Part shown: in pieces, positions 21,601-30,224 of the stretch
Layout: each line of letters opens with the position of its first letter
Position numbering within the stretch: the stretch's first letter is position 1
IMG/VR virus record: IMGVR_UViG_3300022752_000056
Coordinates: 7,355-71,354 of that record
Reading direction: 5' to 3' (one strand)
DNA length: 64,000 bases
From: a virus
Program-made: the position numbers and the translations under genes
The notes under the pieces: generated by a model
Database searches by the model: none
What the model was told of the DNA's origin: nothing
The model's input: the letters and a program-made list of their open reading frames with translations, nothing else

Positions 21601-21688
21601 AGTCGGATGGGTGAGCACAACAAATAACAGTGTAGTATATCAGGTCTATAATGCTGTAGCAAATAGTTTAGATACGGTATTTGGATAA
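15608..21688 (+). CDS. Long repetitive tail fibre protein
   Basis: 2026 aa; more than 20 copies of S/T-T-x-T-G-A-L-x-V-x-G-G-(A/V)-G-I-G-Q-N-L-Y-V-G-G; extreme T/G/S content. Confidence 0.8.
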   Translation: MSLTEISRDFFVNRGLTTLGTNIVTSSTGNSGTLQVEGGAAVKLNLIVGSTATVYGPTTILDFTSATSTLSGALTVAGGVAIGQDLYVGGIIYGTIAAGQGAITTNQASSPQSYYLTFVDSNNPSPAGELLYTSSTINFNPGVGLTINNLTEAVSTQSGAFIVSGGAGVGKDLYVGGNLNVTGIISGVAATFASTASQVNTIRNSNNSIYYLTFVDTNNAISASELVYTSATISFNPNTGLSISNNTAAVSSTTGALVVTGGAAIGQTLRIAGPTQSSSSLTGALIVAGGAGIGGNLYVGGEIFANKLTIQLTTVTTTLIETDDILKTTNVTSATSTQTGALQVSGGAGIGQNLYVGGDLFVSRIRTTLTTNSFSTTTGEIVTQGGIGVGQNLNVGQNLTVTQNLFVGQNQSIIGSLQVGGRFTASGITNITNTTAATSTLSGALVISGGVGIGQDLWVAGDIYSNRLIVQYTTITTVSIQTDDIIRTSNTTSSISSTTGAIVSLGGIGIGENLFVGGKLSVSGLTTITNITSATSTTTGALQVLGGVGVQGDVYARNLYSNGVLVGAGTVGNPYSLVFTLTNLTLSTSPSTGALQIRGGVGIEQNLYVGGQVNITDSTESVSTITGALVVAGGVGIGKNINVGGGARIQGRFTTSGIANILNTTASTSTQTGALVVSGGVGIGQDLYVGGDIYANKLTIQLTTITTTFVITDDVIQTINTSSSLSTTTGALVIAGGAGIGQNLNVGNDLTAKTLRLSSRFTSTDGITITTTTAATSTLTGALIVAGGVGIGQDLYVGGDIYSNKLVVQYTTVTTTLIQTDDVIQTSNTTSAISTQTGALVVSGGVGIGGNLHVGGQIVGAISATAATATTLLTYGNPLNTLFYPTFVDSNNSSPTAENYYTSATLSFNPNVGLAIGSPTAPTAMLDVNGGVRISNLTTIGNTLNVLGNAQAFSTLSGAITVPFGGIGVGGNLIVGGSSQILGKLTVTNTMIVLDTTNSINTVTGAFVLAGGAGIGQNLYVGGGLRVTDGFTASGIINFLNSTNSTSTNTGAMTLSGGAGIGQNLYVGGLLNVVGNITSNGSISANSFVGSINTASNLAGGSSGQIPYQTGPGVTAFFNVGSAGSILVSNGAVAPTFNNTLTLTSLNPASSTNSGALQVVGGAGIGGSLFVGNSATVFSTAASTTTLAGNAVYIAGGLGVEKSIYVKGPAVFQDDVIFAGTTTYVYSTQTVFTDNIVNLHIPNAGDPYNHVWTVDDGKDIGHIFHYYDTADKDAFLGLAKDSRYLEWYSDGTESGAIFTGTTYGIFKTGGVILVNSTASSNTATGALTVVGGVGIGGALWVGTTSFINGAQILTSATVNSFVTAGVTSLTAGTDTAVSAALGSVVVWNTSTLQSVTNRGSSTNNAINITNTTLSVSTLTGALVVAGGVGIGQNTYIGGGLQVTDRFTATSISNFTDTTNATSTTTGALVVSGGAGIGQNLWVGGTFAASGITTLPNTTNASSTTSGSLRVAGGVGIAQNLFVGNNLQVFGITTITNTSNATNTQSGALQVYGGVGIGQNLYVGGTIVSNGSTVLTSATGGVTSPFAGIFTITNTTNAVSTQTGALQVYGGVGIGQNLYVGSGTNITGITTITNTTNATSTTTGALQVVGGAGIQGNLHVGGDIVANRLIIELTTITTQTIQTDDIIQTTNSSNATSTTTGALRITGGAGLGGNLYIGGNLNVVGTISGTLSGSINTATNLAGGTAGQLLYQTGPGATAFTGPGTAGNVLVSNGTSAPTYNNTLTLGSTTNATSTQTGALQVVGGAGIGQNLYVGGTLNVGGASGGIITGLTGLTSTNIVVSGLNNSTSTVTGALQVVGGAGIGLNLYVGGITMLAGLTTVTNTTAATSTNSGALQILGGVGIGGSVYAGSFFSSGSQVLTTASGVASITAGTDTAISTTTGAVVIWNTSTLQSITNRGSTTTNAVNITNTAASTSTTTGALLVNGGAGIRDSVYVGNRVGWVSTTNNSVVYQVYNAVANSLDTVFG

Positions 21689-23913
21689 TGCCATTTATAG
21701 CAAATAGGTTAACTAATGCCGGAACATTGTTAATAAACGGCATTTTAGATGAAGTAAGCGCCAATGCAGGCAGTTTATACTTTGACGGCATTGGAGATTT
21801 TTTTAGGATACCTGGTACACAAACTGCTACACAATTCGGAACGGCAGCATATACAGTTGAATGCTGGATATACCAAACTTCAAGAAATGCCAATGGTGCT
21901 TTTTTTGTCGGAGGTGCTCAATTCACAGGACAAGTATTCCAATGTTATATTAATAATACAGGAAATTTGATTACTAGTAAGGCAGGAGTTGGCAATACCA
22001 CTGCATCTACCGGAACAGTGCCATTAAATGCATGGACTCATATAGCACTAGTTAGAACATCTACAGGCGCTAATGGATTTACTTATTATATAAACGGGCA
22101 AAACGCAGGTACAGTAACTGATTCATTTGATTACAACTCTACATCAGGTATAGAAATAGGAACTACAAACTCTAACAACGGCGGAGAATTTGGATTAACC
22201 GGTTATATGACCGGTTTACGTATAGTAAAAGGTACAGCAGTTTATTCCGGAAATTTTTCACCACCTTCTGGATTTTTAGATGCCATAGCAAATACTTCAA
22301 TTTTGTTAAATGTTTCTAATAGCTCTTTATTCTTAAAAGACGAAAGCTTAAACAATTTTACATTTACAGCCAATGGCAATGCTAGATATGATCAGTTAAG
22401 TCCATTCAATAGAGGAGCCGTTAGTATAACCACTAATACTATACTAACAAAATTATCTGACGAAATAAGTTTAACAGCAGGTAGTATATATTTTGACGGA
22501 AGCGGAGACTACTTATATGCAACTAATTCGTCATCAAATTTTAATTACGGAACAAATAATTTTACAATTGAATTTTGGGTATATCCTTTGTCAGGACCTG
22601 TAAGCACGTACAACCCTACCTTTTTTACTAATCATGCTGATGGCGATTGGGCATCTGCCGGAGCAGGAATACGTATACATCATAATAATGCAATATTCGG
22701 TTCATCATCTTTTACTCAAATAAATTACACAAATAATATTCAAAATAATGTTTGGACACACATAGCAGTTGTAAGGCTAAGCGGAGTGATCACAGTATAT
22801 AGGAATGGTATTGCTAATGGAACGGCTAATTTTGCAGGGACATTGGGAAACAATGCAGATAGAATAGCATTAGCCACATCAGATAGGGTCGGAACTGGTG
22901 GTAGAGAATTTCCTAACTGTTATATTTCCAACTTTAGAATTGTGAACGGCACAGCAGTTTATACAGCTAATTTTTCACCACCTCAAACGATTCTAGACAA
23001 TATTCAGAATACAGTGTTTTTATTGAATAGTACAGACGTTGTAAATTTTAGCAAGGATAATAGTTCTTATAATACCAGTATAAGTATTGCCGGACAAACT
23101 TCTTGGAATACATTTAGTCCTTTCAGTAGGAATGATACAACAATTAAACAACGTAGATTAAGTACAGGAGAATTAATTGTAAGAAACGAGTTTGATGAAT
23201 TCACCGGTGCTCCAGTATTAGATAATTCTCTACAGGTGTTTTATGATGCTGCTCAGCCTGCCAGTTATTCAGGATCAGGCACTACAATAACAGATTTAAG
23301 CGGAAAATCAAATTCTGGATCGTTAATTACAATAGGTGGCGGAACTATAACTTTTACAACCGCCTATGGGGGAGGATGGGCCATGACTAGTTCGGGAACA
23401 ACTGTAGGAGGAGCTATTGGTGCACCATATAGTTTGCCTACTACCCAATGGACAGTAGAAATGGTGTGCGCTATAACATTAAACTCTTTTTGGAGCTCAA
23501 TATGGGGCAGCGATGTCTATAACGGAAATGGGTGGTGGGCTATCTATCAATCAGCAGGATCTATGACTGTAGGTGCCGCTACAGCATCTGCAATATCTAG
23601 TGCCTACACATTTACAACAAATAATATTAATACACCTAATCATTGGATATGGGTACATACAGGTAGTGTTATTCAACTTTATAGAAATGGAATACTAATA
23701 AGTCCAAGTTCTGGTTCTTATACTTCTCCTTCCGCACCAGCAAACATAGGGACGGTTTTTGGAGCCAGACATCAAAATGGAGCCACTTTAAATAGTCAAA
23801 TAGGAGATTGCTGGCCTGGAACAATATACCTTGTACGTATGTACAACAAAGCATTATCCGCAGATGAAGCTAATCAAAACTTTATTTCAATAAAATCTAG
23901 GTACGGTTTATAA
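21688..23913 (+). CDS. LamG/concanavalin A-like lectin domain protein (three domains), putative receptor-binding
   Basis: Two FDGxGD..TVECWIY..WTHIALVR..YING..RIVKGTAVY units plus a YDAAQPASYSGSGTT..DLSG..RMYNKALS unit. Confidence 0.85.
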   Translation: MPFIANRLTNAGTLLINGILDEVSANAGSLYFDGIGDFFRIPGTQTATQFGTAAYTVECWIYQTSRNANGAFFVGGAQFTGQVFQCYINNTGNLITSKAGVGNTTASTGTVPLNAWTHIALVRTSTGANGFTYYINGQNAGTVTDSFDYNSTSGIEIGTTNSNNGGEFGLTGYMTGLRIVKGTAVYSGNFSPPSGFLDAIANTSILLNVSNSSLFLKDESLNNFTFTANGNARYDQLSPFNRGAVSITTNTILTKLSDEISLTAGSIYFDGSGDYLYATNSSSNFNYGTNNFTIEFWVYPLSGPVSTYNPTFFTNHADGDWASAGAGIRIHHNNAIFGSSSFTQINYTNNIQNNVWTHIAVVRLSGVITVYRNGIANGTANFAGTLGNNADRIALATSDRVGTGGREFPNCYISNFRIVNGTAVYTANFSPPQTILDNIQNTVFLLNSTDVVNFSKDNSSYNTSISIAGQTSWNTFSPFSRNDTTIKQRRLSTGELIVRNEFDEFTGAPVLDNSLQVFYDAAQPASYSGSGTTITDLSGKSNSGSLITIGGGTITFTTAYGGGWAMTSSGTTVGGAIGAPYSLPTTQWTVEMVCAITLNSFWSSIWGSDVYNGNGWWAIYQSAGSMTVGAATASAISSAYTFTTNNINTPNHWIWVHTGSVIQLYRNGILISPSSGSYTSPSAPANIGTVFGARHQNGATLNSQIGDCWPGTIYLVRMYNKALSADEANQNFISIKSRYGL

Positions 23914-23937
23914 AATTTGGTAAAATAAATATATATT

Positions 23938-25782
23938 ATGGCTAAACTACTCAGCGGAACAAGGGTTTATGGTACTGCAACAATCGATAATCAGTTATTT
24001 GTTAGCGGCACGACCGCAGCATCTTCAACAATAACAGGTGCTCTGCAGGTAATTGGTGGAGCAGGCATTGGGCAAAATTTATATGTTGGCGGTAACCTAA
24101 ATGTAACTGGTACTATTTCAGGTAGCATAGCAGCAAGTATAAACACAGCAACTAATTTAGCAGGCGGGACTACGGGACAAATTCCCTATCAAACTGGAGC
24201 TGGTGCTACCGGATTCGTAGGACCGGGAACAGCAGGACAATTACTAGTCAGCGCCGGTACAGCTGCCCCAGTTTATACAAATACTTCAAGCATAGTAGTA
24301 GGTTATAGTAACCAGTGGTCCGCAGCTAGAACAATTACATTAGGAGGTGATCTTACAGGATCGGTTAATATAGATGGTAGTAGTAATGTTACATTAAACG
24401 CAACTATAGCATCAGATTCTGTTGCATTAGGTACAGACACAACTGGCAATTATGTTGCATCTGGCACAACAACCGGGTTTGGGGTATCAGGCAGTGCTTC
24501 TTCTGAAGGTGCTACATTTAATGTCAGTGTAAACAGCACCAGCGCAAATACTGTAAACACTATTGTTTTTAGAGATCATAATGGTAACTTTTCAGCAGGA
24601 AATATAACAGCTAGTGCATTAATTGGAACCGTAGCGAATACCGTTAGCACTGCAACAAATTTATCAGGAGGCACAGCAGGTCAGTTACCTTACCAAACTG
24701 GTCCGAATGCTACTGGATTCTTTGGTCCAGGTACTGCTGGTAATATTTTAGTTAGTAACGGTGCAGCAGTACCTAGTTATAATAATACTCTTACACTGGC
24801 GTCCACTACAAATGCATCATCTACACAAACTGGAGCTTTTCAAGTTGTAGGTGGAGCAGGTATTGGCCAAAATTTATATGTAGGCGGAACATTACAAATA
24901 GGTCCAGCAACTGGCGGAACGATTTCTGGAATAGCTGTATTAACATCTACAAACATTTTTGTAACTGGATCAACCAACGCAACATCTACTATTACAGGAG
25001 CGTTACAAGTCACAGGTGGCGTGGGAATAGGTCAAGCTATCTGGGCAGGCGGCGCAATAAGAGGCGGTAAAGTTACAGCCGTGGGAGATGGAACTCCGAT
25101 TAGTTTTGAAAGCAGTGCAGGAATCGGCATCGGTGACGGTGTTACCCCTGGCATACTTTGTGTTAGAGGTGGTAATGCAACTACAGAGGGAGGACAGTTA
25201 GTTCTAGGATTTGGTAATAATTCAGCTACAAATTTTACAGGTCAAGCTAATAATTCTTGGAATATAGACGTAGCAGGCGGTACATATGATCTATTTAGAA
25301 TTTTCAGAGTTAATAACGCAGGAACTGCAAAAGTTGCCGTTCAAATAGACAATACTAATGCCGGTACACAAATAGATAGTCTAGGGGTAGGAACAGCAGC
25401 ATCAGGAACAGCAGGAGAAATTCGTGCAACAAATGAAATTACTGCATATTACACAAGTGATAGAACCCTAAAAGAAAATCTACAAATAATATCTAATCCA
25501 ATAAGTATGATAACAAGATTAAACGGTTACTTTTTTAATTGGAAAGATGATTACATTAAGAACAGAGGCGGCGAGGACGGATATTTTGTTAGAAAGAAAG
25601 ATATAGGAGTCATTGCACAGGAAGTAGAAGATGTTCTTCCTGAAATTGTTGCTAGCAGAGATGACGGAACTAAAGCAGTGAAATATGAAAAAATTATTCC
25701 GCTGTTAATTGAATCCATCAAGGAGCAACAAAATACAATTAATCAAATAATCCATCTACTAAATACTCATAACATTAAATAA
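23938..25782 (+). CDS. Tail fibre with C-terminal intramolecular chaperone (peptidase S74-type)
   Basis: SDRTLKEN..I, GVIAQEVEDVLPEIV and VKYEKIIPLLIESIKEQ motifs; shares repeat modules with 15608-21688. Confidence 0.9.
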   Translation: MAKLLSGTRVYGTATIDNQLFVSGTTAASSTITGALQVIGGAGIGQNLYVGGNLNVTGTISGSIAASINTATNLAGGTTGQIPYQTGAGATGFVGPGTAGQLLVSAGTAAPVYTNTSSIVVGYSNQWSAARTITLGGDLTGSVNIDGSSNVTLNATIASDSVALGTDTTGNYVASGTTTGFGVSGSASSEGATFNVSVNSTSANTVNTIVFRDHNGNFSAGNITASALIGTVANTVSTATNLSGGTAGQLPYQTGPNATGFFGPGTAGNILVSNGAAVPSYNNTLTLASTTNASSTQTGAFQVVGGAGIGQNLYVGGTLQIGPATGGTISGIAVLTSTNIFVTGSTNATSTITGALQVTGGVGIGQAIWAGGAIRGGKVTAVGDGTPISFESSAGIGIGDGVTPGILCVRGGNATTEGGQLVLGFGNNSATNFTGQANNSWNIDVAGGTYDLFRIFRVNNAGTAKVAVQIDNTNAGTQIDSLGVGTAASGTAGEIRATNEITAYYTSDRTLKENLQIISNPISMITRLNGYFFNWKDDYIKNRGGEDGYFVRKKDIGVIAQEVEDVLPEIVASRDDGTKAVKYEKIIPLLIESIKEQQNTINQIIHLLNTHNIK

Positions 25783-25798
25783 GAAAGGTAAACTTTAG

Positions 25799-26074
25799 AT
25801 GGCGTTCCCTACCTCAGGAAGTGAAATTAGTTTCGGAAAAGTATACCGATCAGTTTCAAGTAGACCTATTAACGAAGCAGGCGACGCTGATGCATCTAAT
25901 GTTACTCCTAAAAGTGGATCACAGAATATAAAATTGTCTGCAATATTAGGAGGATATAACTATGCTGCCGGTTCACCTAGTCCAATTTCGACAGGAACGC
26001 AAATATCGTTTTCTGCGACATTTGGAGGAGATCCAGATGATTCGGGTGTAGGTAGATTACCATACGGAACATAA
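25799..26074 (+). CDS. Small fibre-associated protein
   Basis: MAFPTSGSEISF N-terminus, of the type seen in proteins that follow S74 fibres. Confidence 0.65.
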   Translation: MAFPTSGSEISFGKVYRSVSSRPINEAGDADASNVTPKSGSQNIKLSAILGGYNYAAGSPSPISTGTQISFSATFGGDPDDSGVGRLPYGT

Positions 26075-26087
26075 TTTATGAGGCTAT

Positions 26088-26552
26088 ATGAAAGAGGTTT
26101 ATGAAATATTAGATAGGTTATATACAGGACCAACTAAATGGGAATTAGATCAAATAATCTACGCTGACAGATTAACAAACAAACATACCTTAGCATGTTT
26201 TTTACTACAAATTAAAACGTTAGATTCTAAAGAGAATTTAACATTAAACGAAAAAGTTGAACTTAAATATCTTACTGAACTATTTAAAGAAATAGATGAA
26301 GAAAATATAAACGAATTAGTTAATCAAGACGAAGAAACTTCAAGAGATGCTTTTATTGAAACATTGGCAAGAAAAAGTGCTTTAGAATCTTTAACAATGG
26401 GCAGACTAAATTATCAAACATTGGATACTGCTTGTAAACTTAGTCCAAATGAGTTTATTTTATGTGCTAAACGCACACAGGATTTAATGAATTCTATACA
26501 AGGTCTTGTAGTAAAGGGAGAAAATCTTAGTAAAGATGTTGCCGGCGCATGA
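26088..26552 (+). CDS. Hypothetical protein
   Basis: 154 aa, GAGG SD, ATGA overlap with the glycosyltransferase gene. Confidence 0.7.
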   Translation: MKEVYEILDRLYTGPTKWELDQIIYADRLTNKHTLACFLLQIKTLDSKENLTLNEKVELKYLTELFKEIDEENINELVNQDEETSRDAFIETLARKSALESLTMGRLNYQTLDTACKLSPNEFILCAKRTQDLMNSIQGLVVKGENLSKDVAGA

Positions 26553-27217
26553 AGAAGCATTCAGTTTTTTCATCAAGCCAATGGTCTAAAAAAGCAAAAA
26601 AATTAGCAATATTAATTCCTTGTAGAGATACTCTCTTTGCTGCACATTCATTGGCTGTAATTGAAATGGTCAAGTATAACACATTAAATGATTTAGATAC
26701 TCATGTCTTTTTAGATGCAAGCACGGTATTATTGACACAACGACAAAATCTAGCTGAAGCAGCCCTAAGTATTAAATCAGATTATATCTTATGGTTAGAT
26801 AGTGATATAGTATGCCCTTCAACCACCGCGATGAGATTATTAAATCACGACGAACCTATTGTGTGTGCAAATTATGTAAGACGACAAGTACCTCATAAAG
26901 GTGTAGCCTACGAAACTATAGGAGATTGGCAGAATCCGTTACCATTCGAGGTAGAAGATACTCTTGTTCCTATCGAAGGAATCGGCATGGGATGTATGCT
27001 TATGCGGACTAGTATTTTAGAGGAATTAGAAAGGCCCTTTTTTGAGTTTACATATAGTCCAGAATCAAATGATTTTTTAGGTGAAGATATGTATTTTTGT
27101 ACTAAAATTAGAGAAGCTGGATATGAAATTTATGTAGACACTGTTATTAGTCAAGAATTATATCACCTTGGTACCTACGGGTTTAGTGTAAAGGATCTAC
27201 AAAAGATCAAGAATTAA
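26549..27217 (+). CDS. Glycosyltransferase, GT-A/GT2-like
   Basis: LAILIP, R..L.E.AL, ILWLDSDI (DxD), GMGCMLM and GEDMYFC motifs. Confidence 0.85.
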   Translation: MKKHSVFSSSQWSKKAKKLAILIPCRDTLFAAHSLAVIEMVKYNTLNDLDTHVFLDASTVLLTQRQNLAEAALSIKSDYILWLDSDIVCPSTTAMRLLNHDEPIVCANYVRRQVPHKGVAYETIGDWQNPLPFEVEDTLVPIEGIGMGCMLMRTSILEELERPFFEFTYSPESNDFLGEDMYFCTKIREAGYEIYVDTVISQELYHLGTYGFSVKDLQKIKN

Positions 27218-27625
27218 ATTTAATTTAATTTTATTAATTTTGTTCCCCAAACTATTTCTTACGCCTTTATGTAAGGGTTTAGGCCAACATTCATAATCAC
27301 ACCAGCTAAATCCGCTATGTTCTGAATTAAGTTTAGGTAAAAACTCCGTTGGAGTAATTAATACATATGTATTGTATTGAAAACTAAAATCACTATTTGT
27401 ATAGAGTTCTAAAGGCACAATTTTTTCTATAATTGTTTGACCAATTTCTTCTAATATTTCACGTTTAAGTGCATCAATTAAAGTACTGTCTGAATTTTCT
27501 TTTTTACCACCTACTAGGCCCCACGTTCCATGAGTTTTTTTACTTGTCCTTTGTAAAAAAAGAAAACGTTTAGTTTCTTTAGATAAAAATAATCCACCAC
27601 TACAAATTATAGAATTAGCCGCCAT
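27197..27625 (-). CDS. NUDIX hydrolase
   Basis: WGLVGGKKENSDSTLIDALKREILEEIG Nudix box. Confidence 0.9.
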   Translation of the reverse strand: MAANSIICSGGLFLSKETKRFLFLQRTSKKTHGTWGLVGGKKENSDSTLIDALKREILEEIGQTIIEKIVPLELYTNSDFSFQYNTYVLITPTEFLPKLNSEHSGFSWCDYECWPKPLHKGVRNSLGNKINKIKLNLILDLL

Positions 27626-29004
27626 AGTTGTTTATCATATATGCCTTCATATGTCTTAGACCAAGACCCTTCGGACCACTTATATTGTGTTCCTGTATAT
27701 GAATTAGTTATGTAAACAACTTCAGTTTGCTGAGTAGAATTGAAAACATTAAACCAACTAGTGCCATTCCATTCTATAATATCGTTACCATGAGCCTGGA
27801 AATCGCTTCCGTTACTATTTTTCCATGCAACAGGCCCTTCATATTCCGGACTGCCGTATGCAGAATTAATATTTAAATCTTCTAAAATTAAAAATCGTGT
27901 ACCTGCTGCCAAGGTTCCCGGATTATAAGTTTCTGGATTTACCACAGCATCAACAGTACCTCTACCTGATATTATGGTATTACTTGGAATTGTATCTGTA
28001 TCAAATGATAAATTCATTATGCTATCGTCTATAGCATCTAGAGTTAAAAATGCTATAACTTCATTATCATCGGCTTGTCTTAATCTTAATTGACTTAACC
28101 CGGCTCGGAATTTGCCTGGATATAAATCTAAGATTTTATACCACGAATAATTATTTCCTGAGGTATCAATACTAATGTTATCTCCTTGGCCATTTGAATG
28201 AGTAAGTCTTGCTGTGTTATTGAGTACTAATAAATCATAGTTACCAGGAGTAACAGTTATTACTGTATCCGGTATGGTATTTCCAAAAATTTCAGCAGCA
28301 GTTTCTTTATCATAGCTAGATGTTATAACACCTTGGTTGACAGCATAGGCGTTACTTATAATTTTAGTTACTATTCCTAATTTTTTAACCTTAGCAGGAG
28401 GGGTAATCCATATTGGAGCGGTAAACTCAATATTCAATATATCTATGTCTTCGTTGATTCCTTGAGGTACAGTTCTTGAAGTAAATGTCTGTCTTTCTAA
28501 GGTAATTGTAGATAAACTTGTCCAGTCAATATAATTATCAGTAGTTTGAATTTCAAAACTAGGATTAAAAAAAACAACCAACTGTTCCCATATTTGAAGC
28601 TTCATATCTGTATTAGTAGTCCAAATATCTGCTGCAAATGTTATAGTATAAGGGCTAGGCATTATACGCTCTACAGTATAATTACTTCCTTGTGTACTTA
28701 AATATTCTTGATTTTCCTCATCAAACGCTCTTTCTCTTATATGTATTTTACTTACAAAAGTAGGATCTTGTAAACGTGCTCTATCAAATTGTAAGTCTTT
28801 TATGTAACAGGCTATAAAAGGAGCACTTGGTATGGTGTTTTCCGAATTTTTCTTTATTATCTGAGCCACCTGTCTAGACATATCTCCATATCTCACAGGA
28901 ACTTGAACAAGATTCCCCTTGCCATCTTTATAGGCGAAATTACTTAAGATGTTCATAAATTGTGTAAGATATCTTCTTACTTGACCGTCATAAAACCAAT
29001 CCAT
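27607..29004 (-). CDS. g15: Tail completion/sheath stabiliser (gp15-like) with C-terminal extension
   Basis: FYDGQVRRYLTQF..VPVRYG..PSPY..IWT..QIWEQL..FNP pattern; clustered with neck genes. Confidence 0.7.
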   Translation of the reverse strand: MDWFYDGQVRRYLTQFMNILSNFAYKDGKGNLVQVPVRYGDMSRQVAQIIKKNSENTIPSAPFIACYIKDLQFDRARLQDPTFVSKIHIRERAFDEENQEYLSTQGSNYTVERIMPSPYTITFAADIWTTNTDMKLQIWEQLVVFFNPSFEIQTTDNYIDWTSLSTITLERQTFTSRTVPQGINEDIDILNIEFTAPIWITPPAKVKKLGIVTKIISNAYAVNQGVITSSYDKETAAEIFGNTIPDTVITVTPGNYDLLVLNNTARLTHSNGQGDNISIDTSGNNYSWYKILDLYPGKFRAGLSQLRLRQADDNEVIAFLTLDAIDDSIMNLSFDTDTIPSNTIISGRGTVDAVVNPETYNPGTLAAGTRFLILEDLNINSAYGSPEYEGPVAWKNSNGSDFQAHGNDIIEWNGTSWFNVFNSTQQTEVVYITNSYTGTQYKWSEGSWSKTYEGIYDKQLWRLIL

Positions 29005-30195
29005 TTAAATATCCGCCCTTGGTTTCAGTGCTTTGCTAAGAGATTGACGTTCTATTACTTCTTCTCCTGCAATTATATTTGTAGCTGTATTATTAACGAA
29101 TCCTGCTTTCAGTTTACGTCTTATTAGGTTAGGATCATTCGTCTGCGTATTACCTAGTGTGCTTTGTGTCATTCTTACATCATCCTCGTACTTTATCCAA
29201 TGAGTACCATCGTATCGAAACAATCTGTTTGGTACGTAATCTGTTCTTAAAAAGAAGTCTCCTTCATTAGGTGCTACTGGCCAGGATATTCCAAATCCAT
29301 ACGGAGCACCATTAGGCGGTAGCCCGTCACCGGTTAGGTATCCCACATAATAATTGTTTTTAGGAGATTGTAACACATAACTAGCATCTGGAGGAATATT
29401 ATCACTGATTAATAGATCATCTATACTAGCATCTAATAAATCCACTTGTTCTTTATTTTCTAAAGGAACAACATAAAAATGATTGGTTTTATATCCACTT
29501 TTATCTGCATCTATCTCAGCCTGATTGAATATTTGGTTATTAATTTCAATATTTTTCTGGTAGGTAGATAATAAATCTCTCAATGTACTTCCATCTTCTG
29601 CACCGCTATCTTGGTCTAATATTTCTTTAAACTCTTGAGTATCTACCAAGGGTTGGCATTTTGCACGAATTAAATGAGGGTACCATGTTTGGCTATACCC
29701 ATTGGCTGGTCTAGTAACTTCGCTTATAACATAAAAACGTTTCAAAGCAATCATGGCATCGTCTAAAGCATATTCATCTTTAAGATGAGGTAATTCTATA
29801 ACATCACCGGCCATAATTTTTCTACCTATAGAGTCAAAACTTGAACGTAAATGAAATGTTATTATTATATTATCGTTATTTAAAAATAAACCAAATTGAC
29901 TTAGGTTAAAATCTACGTCCTGCATGGTGTAGATCCCACGAACAACGTACACATCGGGATCATAATGCCTATCTCGATTCTCCATGAATAATAAATCTTG
30001 TATACCTAGCTCACTTATACTGTTTGAATTTATTGGTTGAGTCGGACTGGCGTCTTGCTCAGAAGGATTAACAGGGCCTAGGTATTTGTGTAAAAATACA
30101 TCAGTGCCCCCTACTTGAAATTGTTCATTTATAACTCGATCAAGAAATTTGAAATCGTTGCCCTTTTCCGGGCGATAAAGAGATAAGCGTGGCAT
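29005..30195 (-). CDS. g14: Neck protein (gp14-like head closure)
   Basis: LSQFGLF..F..RKIMAGDVIELPHL pattern; divergent from the gp13-like gene. Probable start at MPRL (30195); alternative start 30201. Confidence 0.65.
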   Translation of the reverse strand: MPRLSLYRPEKGNDFKFLDRVINEQFQVGGTDVFLHKYLGPVNPSEQDASPTQPINSNSISELGIQDLLFMENRDRHYDPDVYVVRGIYTMQDVDFNLSQFGLFLNNDNIIITFHLRSSFDSIGRKIMAGDVIELPHLKDEYALDDAMIALKRFYVISEVTRPANGYSQTWYPHLIRAKCQPLVDTQEFKEILDQDSGAEDGSTLRDLLSTYQKNIEINNQIFNQAEIDADKSGYKTNHFYVVPLENKEQVDLLDASIDDLLISDNIPPDASYVLQSPKNNYYVGYLTGDGLPPNGAPYGFGISWPVAPNEGDFFLRTDYVPNRLFRYDGTHWIKYEDDVRMTQSTLGNTQTNDPNLIRRKLKAGFVNNTATNIIAGEEVIERQSLSKALKPRADI

Positions 30196-30202
30196 AGTCA
30201 TA

Positions 30203-30219
30203 TATTTATTTGCTAAATA
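30203..30219. promoter_or_regulatory. Back-to-back late promoter boxes (TATTTA / TAAATA)
   Basis: Minus-strand TAAATA at 30203-30208 and plus-strand TAAATA at 30214-30219, 7 and 5 nt from their ATGs. Confidence 0.7.
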
Positions 30220-30224
30220 CCCTT

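Noticed and set aside
15608-25782. Repetitive DNA as a CRISPR array or DGR template/variable repeat pair
   Set aside because: The repeats are conserved at protein level with diverged third positions; there are no fixed repeat-spacer units, no adenine-specific mismatch pair and no reverse transcriptase in the window.
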